Assembly: GCA_964575575.1 (NCBI GenBank)
Contig: CAZNQQ010000002.1
Location: 1 to 56,981 of the forward strand
Origin: an uncultured Candidatus Saccharibacteria bacterium
GTDB taxonomy: Bacteria > Patescibacteriota > Minisyncoccia > Phycocordibacterales > UBA2163
Length of the DNA stretch: 56,981 nt
Direction of reading: 5' to 3'
The translations under genes were made by a program, and so were the position numbers. The notes under the pieces were generated by a model that was not told the origin of the DNA, did no database searches, and worked only from the letters and a program-made list of their open reading frames with translations. Of the stretch, positions 54,380-56,981 are shown piece by piece (the stretch's first letter is position 1; each line of letters opens with the position of its first letter).

Positions 54380-55468
54380 TTAATCGTTTGCAGTTACTTT
54401 TATTTTTTTGGCAAGAGTAGACAAGTCATGCTCTTCAATTATCTTTTTTCTCATATTTGTACTGTAAGTATTTTTTTGATCTTGCGACATGCTTAAAATA
54501 TTCTCTATTTTATCCGCCAAATCATCTGCATTTCTTTCTTCAAATAAAAACTCTTTAGGTAGAATACTTTCAAATGCAGGACTTGAAACTAATGTGAGTG
54601 TCTCGCAAGCCATAGACTCAAGTACAGTTTTATCAAAATTACCTTCAGGTGTTAAATTTACAGATACTTCATGCTTGTTAAAAACTTTTGGGCTTTTATA
54701 GTTTGGAATACTACCACAAAAACTTACAATACCATTTTTCTCCATTTCTTCAGCGTCTTTTCGTAATCCATCATAATATTCTTTATCACGTTCTGGCGCA
54801 GAACCATATATATCTAATGTTGTCTTAACACCTCTATTGTTAAGTATTTTTACAGCATTTAACAGAATATCTACATATTTTACTGGTGATATTCTTCCTA
54901 TATAAAGTATAGAATTAGGGATTTTTTGCAAACCCACATCTCTCTTAAACATATTGGTGTCTATGCCTGCAGGCATTTTCATGGCGTTTTTAAACCTAGC
55001 CGTAAAAGCAAAAGGCGAAGTATGGAAAGTTTTATTTGTAATAATCCCAGCAATGCGAGCAGATAATGTGCCGTAAGTGTGGTTATACCAAAGGAAGACC
55101 TTTTTTCTTGTTAATCTCAACCACACACCACCAAGAATAATGTACTCAATATTCATGTGCACAAAGACTACATCGTAGTTTTTACGCTCACTCCAAATAT
55201 ATTTATAAAATCTGTAAATATATTTCAGTCTTGACGCCCCATCTTCTTTACCTAATGAAAGAACTTTCACCCCAGTACCAGAAAATTCTGCTGAATTTTC
55301 GCTACGGGGCTTCGCATTTTTTACAGAATAAAAATCGTGACTACCCTCCTTCAGGCAGATAACTGTTACGAATTCAAAATGTTTTGCAAACTCCAAAATC
55401 CATCGATGAAAGAACCCGAGGACGTCATCGTTCTTATCTACTTTTTGAGTAACTAATAATAATTTCAT
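54380..55468 (-). CDS. Glycosyltransferase family 4
   Basis: ORF track 54380..55507. The start MKLLLVTQKVDKNDD (ATG at 55468) avoids overlap with the upstream gene. The C-terminal block is FDKTVLESMACETLTLVS. Confidence 0.75.
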   Translation of the reverse strand: MKLLLVTQKVDKNDDVLGFFHRWILEFAKHFEFVTVICLKEGSHDFYSVKNAKPRSENSAEFSGTGVKVLSLGKEDGASRLKYIYRFYKYIWSERKNYDVVFVHMNIEYIILGGVWLRLTRKKVFLWYNHTYGTLSARIAGIITNKTFHTSPFAFTARFKNAMKMPAGIDTNMFKRDVGLQKIPNSILYIGRISPVKYVDILLNAVKILNNRGVKTTLDIYGSAPERDKEYYDGLRKDAEEMEKNGIVSFCGSIPNYKSPKVFNKHEVSVNLTPEGNFDKTVLESMACETLTLVSSPAFESILPKEFLFEERNADDLADKIENILSMSQDQKNTYSTNMRKKIIEEHDLSTLAKKIKVTAND

Positions 55469-55481
55469 TGTATATGAAAAA

Positions 55482-56333
55482 CTACTTGATTTGACTTCCG
55501 TACACACCCTTTAGTAATTCCAAATCTTTGTTGCTATCGCACAAAAGTTTTATATTTTTGTTATTCATTATTTCTAGTAAATCTTTTCCCTCATTATCTC
55601 CAACCATCTTATTATACATTTCAGAAAAAGCTGCGAAATCTTTTATAAAACAATTTCCACCTGCCCCACGACCGCTTTTATGAATTGGGTCTAAGTGAGT
55701 CTTACCAATACGTGTATCCGCTGTCATATTGCTCTGTATTACTTTCCAATCAACATCTTCAAAACTTTGTGACAAATCATAAAGCATATTTATAAATATT
55801 ACTTTAAAATAAAACCAACAATTGCCTCCGTATTTTGTAAGCTCTGCCTCTTTCGCATTGCATATCGATTCGTACGGCGCTTTGGGAAGTGTGTCTATTA
55901 CTTTTTGTGCTGCATCTTTATATTTTTGAGAATCTTCAGGGATACCAACAATATTTCTGTCTGGACGTGACGCATCTTCTGATGCTGTAAGTTCAGTAAG
56001 AAACTCTGGTGAATGCACCACTAATATATCTGGGTTTTCTTTTTGAATACTTTCGGTTGTGCCAGGTATAATCGTAGATTTTATTACAGCGATTTTCCCT
56101 TTTCCTACAAGTTTTATAACTTTCCTTATAATACTGTCATCAAAACCTTCTGGAGTTGTAGGTGTTGGAACTGCAATAAATACAATATCGCAAGTTTCGA
56201 TATGTTCCTCATTTTTATAATGAGGCTCTTCAAGAGCATAACGAACAACATGAAATCCACGATTTTCAAAATCATCGGCATAATTCTTACCTATAAACCC
56301 TTGCCCTATAAACCCTATTTTTTCTTTTTGCAT
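55482..56333 (-). CDS. UDP-glucose/GDP-mannose dehydrogenase-family protein, short form (no C-terminal UDP-binding domain)
   Basis: 283 aa. Shows KIGFIGQGFIGKNYA (Rossmann) and the catalytic-Cys context GRGAGGNCFIKD. Ends about 100 aa earlier than typical family members. Confidence 0.6.
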   Translation of the reverse strand: MQKEKIGFIGQGFIGKNYADDFENRGFHVVRYALEEPHYKNEEHIETCDIVFIAVPTPTTPEGFDDSIIRKVIKLVGKGKIAVIKSTIIPGTTESIQKENPDILVVHSPEFLTELTASEDASRPDRNIVGIPEDSQKYKDAAQKVIDTLPKAPYESICNAKEAELTKYGGNCWFYFKVIFINMLYDLSQSFEDVDWKVIQSNMTADTRIGKTHLDPIHKSGRGAGGNCFIKDFAAFSEMYNKMVGDNEGKDLLEIMNNKNIKLLCDSNKDLELLKGVYGSQIK

Positions 56334-56981
56334 ATGAACGATTCTTTAAACTGCTCTAAATAATCTTGTTTATTTTTGTACGGATAATTGACCAATCTTG
56401 CCTTTTTTGGCTCGTTTTCTATATATTTAACTATGTTTTGAGCCAAATAGTCACTATCTGTAATATATGCTCCAACTTCGCGAGCTATACCAACATCTGT
56501 AGAAAATACAGGAAGTTCTGAAGCCAAAGCCTCCACTATGGTAAGTCCATAACCTTCATAATCTGAAGTTACCAGTAGCATGTCCGCAGACTTATAATAC
56601 GAATAAATAGTTTCTTTATTTTGCCAACCATCAAAGATGATACTAGTTTTTAGTCCATAGTTGTTAGTTATTAGTTCTAGGTTCTCTTTTTTACTTCCCT
56701 CTCCCACCACCACCAATCCTGTTTTTGGATATTTTTTCACTACATCTTTCATAGCTGATATTGCAAGCGGAATATTTTTTTCTTTTTCTAATCGTGAAAC
56801 CATAAGAATAATCTTCTCAAACTGTGGATATTTTTTATGTAAATCTATTGTTACATTAGTATTTTTTATTTTTTCTATATCTACAAATATTGGTAATACT
56901 GAAATGTTTGAAGATTCTATACTAAATTGCTTTATTAATTTATTTTTCATACTCTCTGACACCACACGAATACAATCTGCA
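56315..56981 (-). CDS. Glycosyltransferase family 4, C-terminal part (5' end beyond window)
   Basis: The reading frame stays open to the window edge (ADCIRVVSESMKNK...). Shows LVVVGEGS and SDYEGYGLTIVEALASELPVFSTDVG. Confidence 0.7.
   Translation of the reverse strand, partial: ADCIRVVSESMKNKLIKQFSIESSNISVLPIFVDIEKIKNTNVTIDLHKKYPQFEKIILMVSRLEKEKNIPLAISAMKDVVKKYPKTGLVVVGEGSKKENLELITNNYGLKTSIIFDGWQNKETIYSYYKSADMLLVTSDYEGYGLTIVEALASELPVFSTDVGIAREVGAYITDSDYLAQNIVKYIENEPKKARLVNYPYKNKQDYLEQFKESFICKKKK

Overview
The window is visibly AT-rich, very tightly packed bacterial DNA. Gene content and style suggest a small-genome uncultivated lineage such as CPR/Patescibacteria; that placement is inference, not proven. 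All product calls rest on motif recognition by eye, because no searches could be run.

The left ~10.5 kb carries housekeeping genes (gatB, secA, murB). Interspersed with them are two paralogous proteins with an excisionase-like HTH, a TM helix and a surface region; a TVP38-family membrane protein; and a small secreted Pro/Glu-rich protein. Also here are an unlisted 57-aa AbrB/MazE-like ORF, an HUH-Y1 (IS200/RAYT-like) transposase bracketed by a 23-nt hairpin repeat, and a 97-aa Lys/Ala-repeat histone-H1-like protein.

From ~10.7 kb to the right edge (~46 kb) the window is one continuous surface-glycan supercluster. It contains:
- a Wzy_C/O-antigen-ligase-like TPR protein;
- three separate nonulosonic-acid synthase / cytidylyltransferase pairs: a neuB-neuC-neuA-like set, a pseB-pseC-pseI set, and a third NeuB/NeuA-like pair;
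- an ACP / FkbH-like / AcpS / NodB-deacetylase / GNAT-fold / methyltransferase cassette;
- a formyltransferase, a HAD-Nudix fusion and a CBS-fused NDP-sugar dehydrogenase;
- three TagF/sialyltransferase-like GT-B proteins;
- an MsbA-like ABC exporter;
- a CotH-kinase / VTC polyphosphate-polymerase / DUF4956 trio;
- GDP-fucose genes (gmd, fcl, Nudix);
- many GT4 glycosyltransferases and SAM methyltransferases.

The candidates most worth follow-up are:
1. the ACP-dependent acyl-tailoring cassette inside the nonulosonic-acid operon;
2. the CotH-VTC-DUF4956 module translationally coupled to the exporter;
3. possible non-orthologous replacements for PseG/PseH;
4. the hairpin-flanked Y1 transposase;
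5. a promoter-plus-terminator-defined ~70-nt sRNA candidate with split complementarity to the murB leader.
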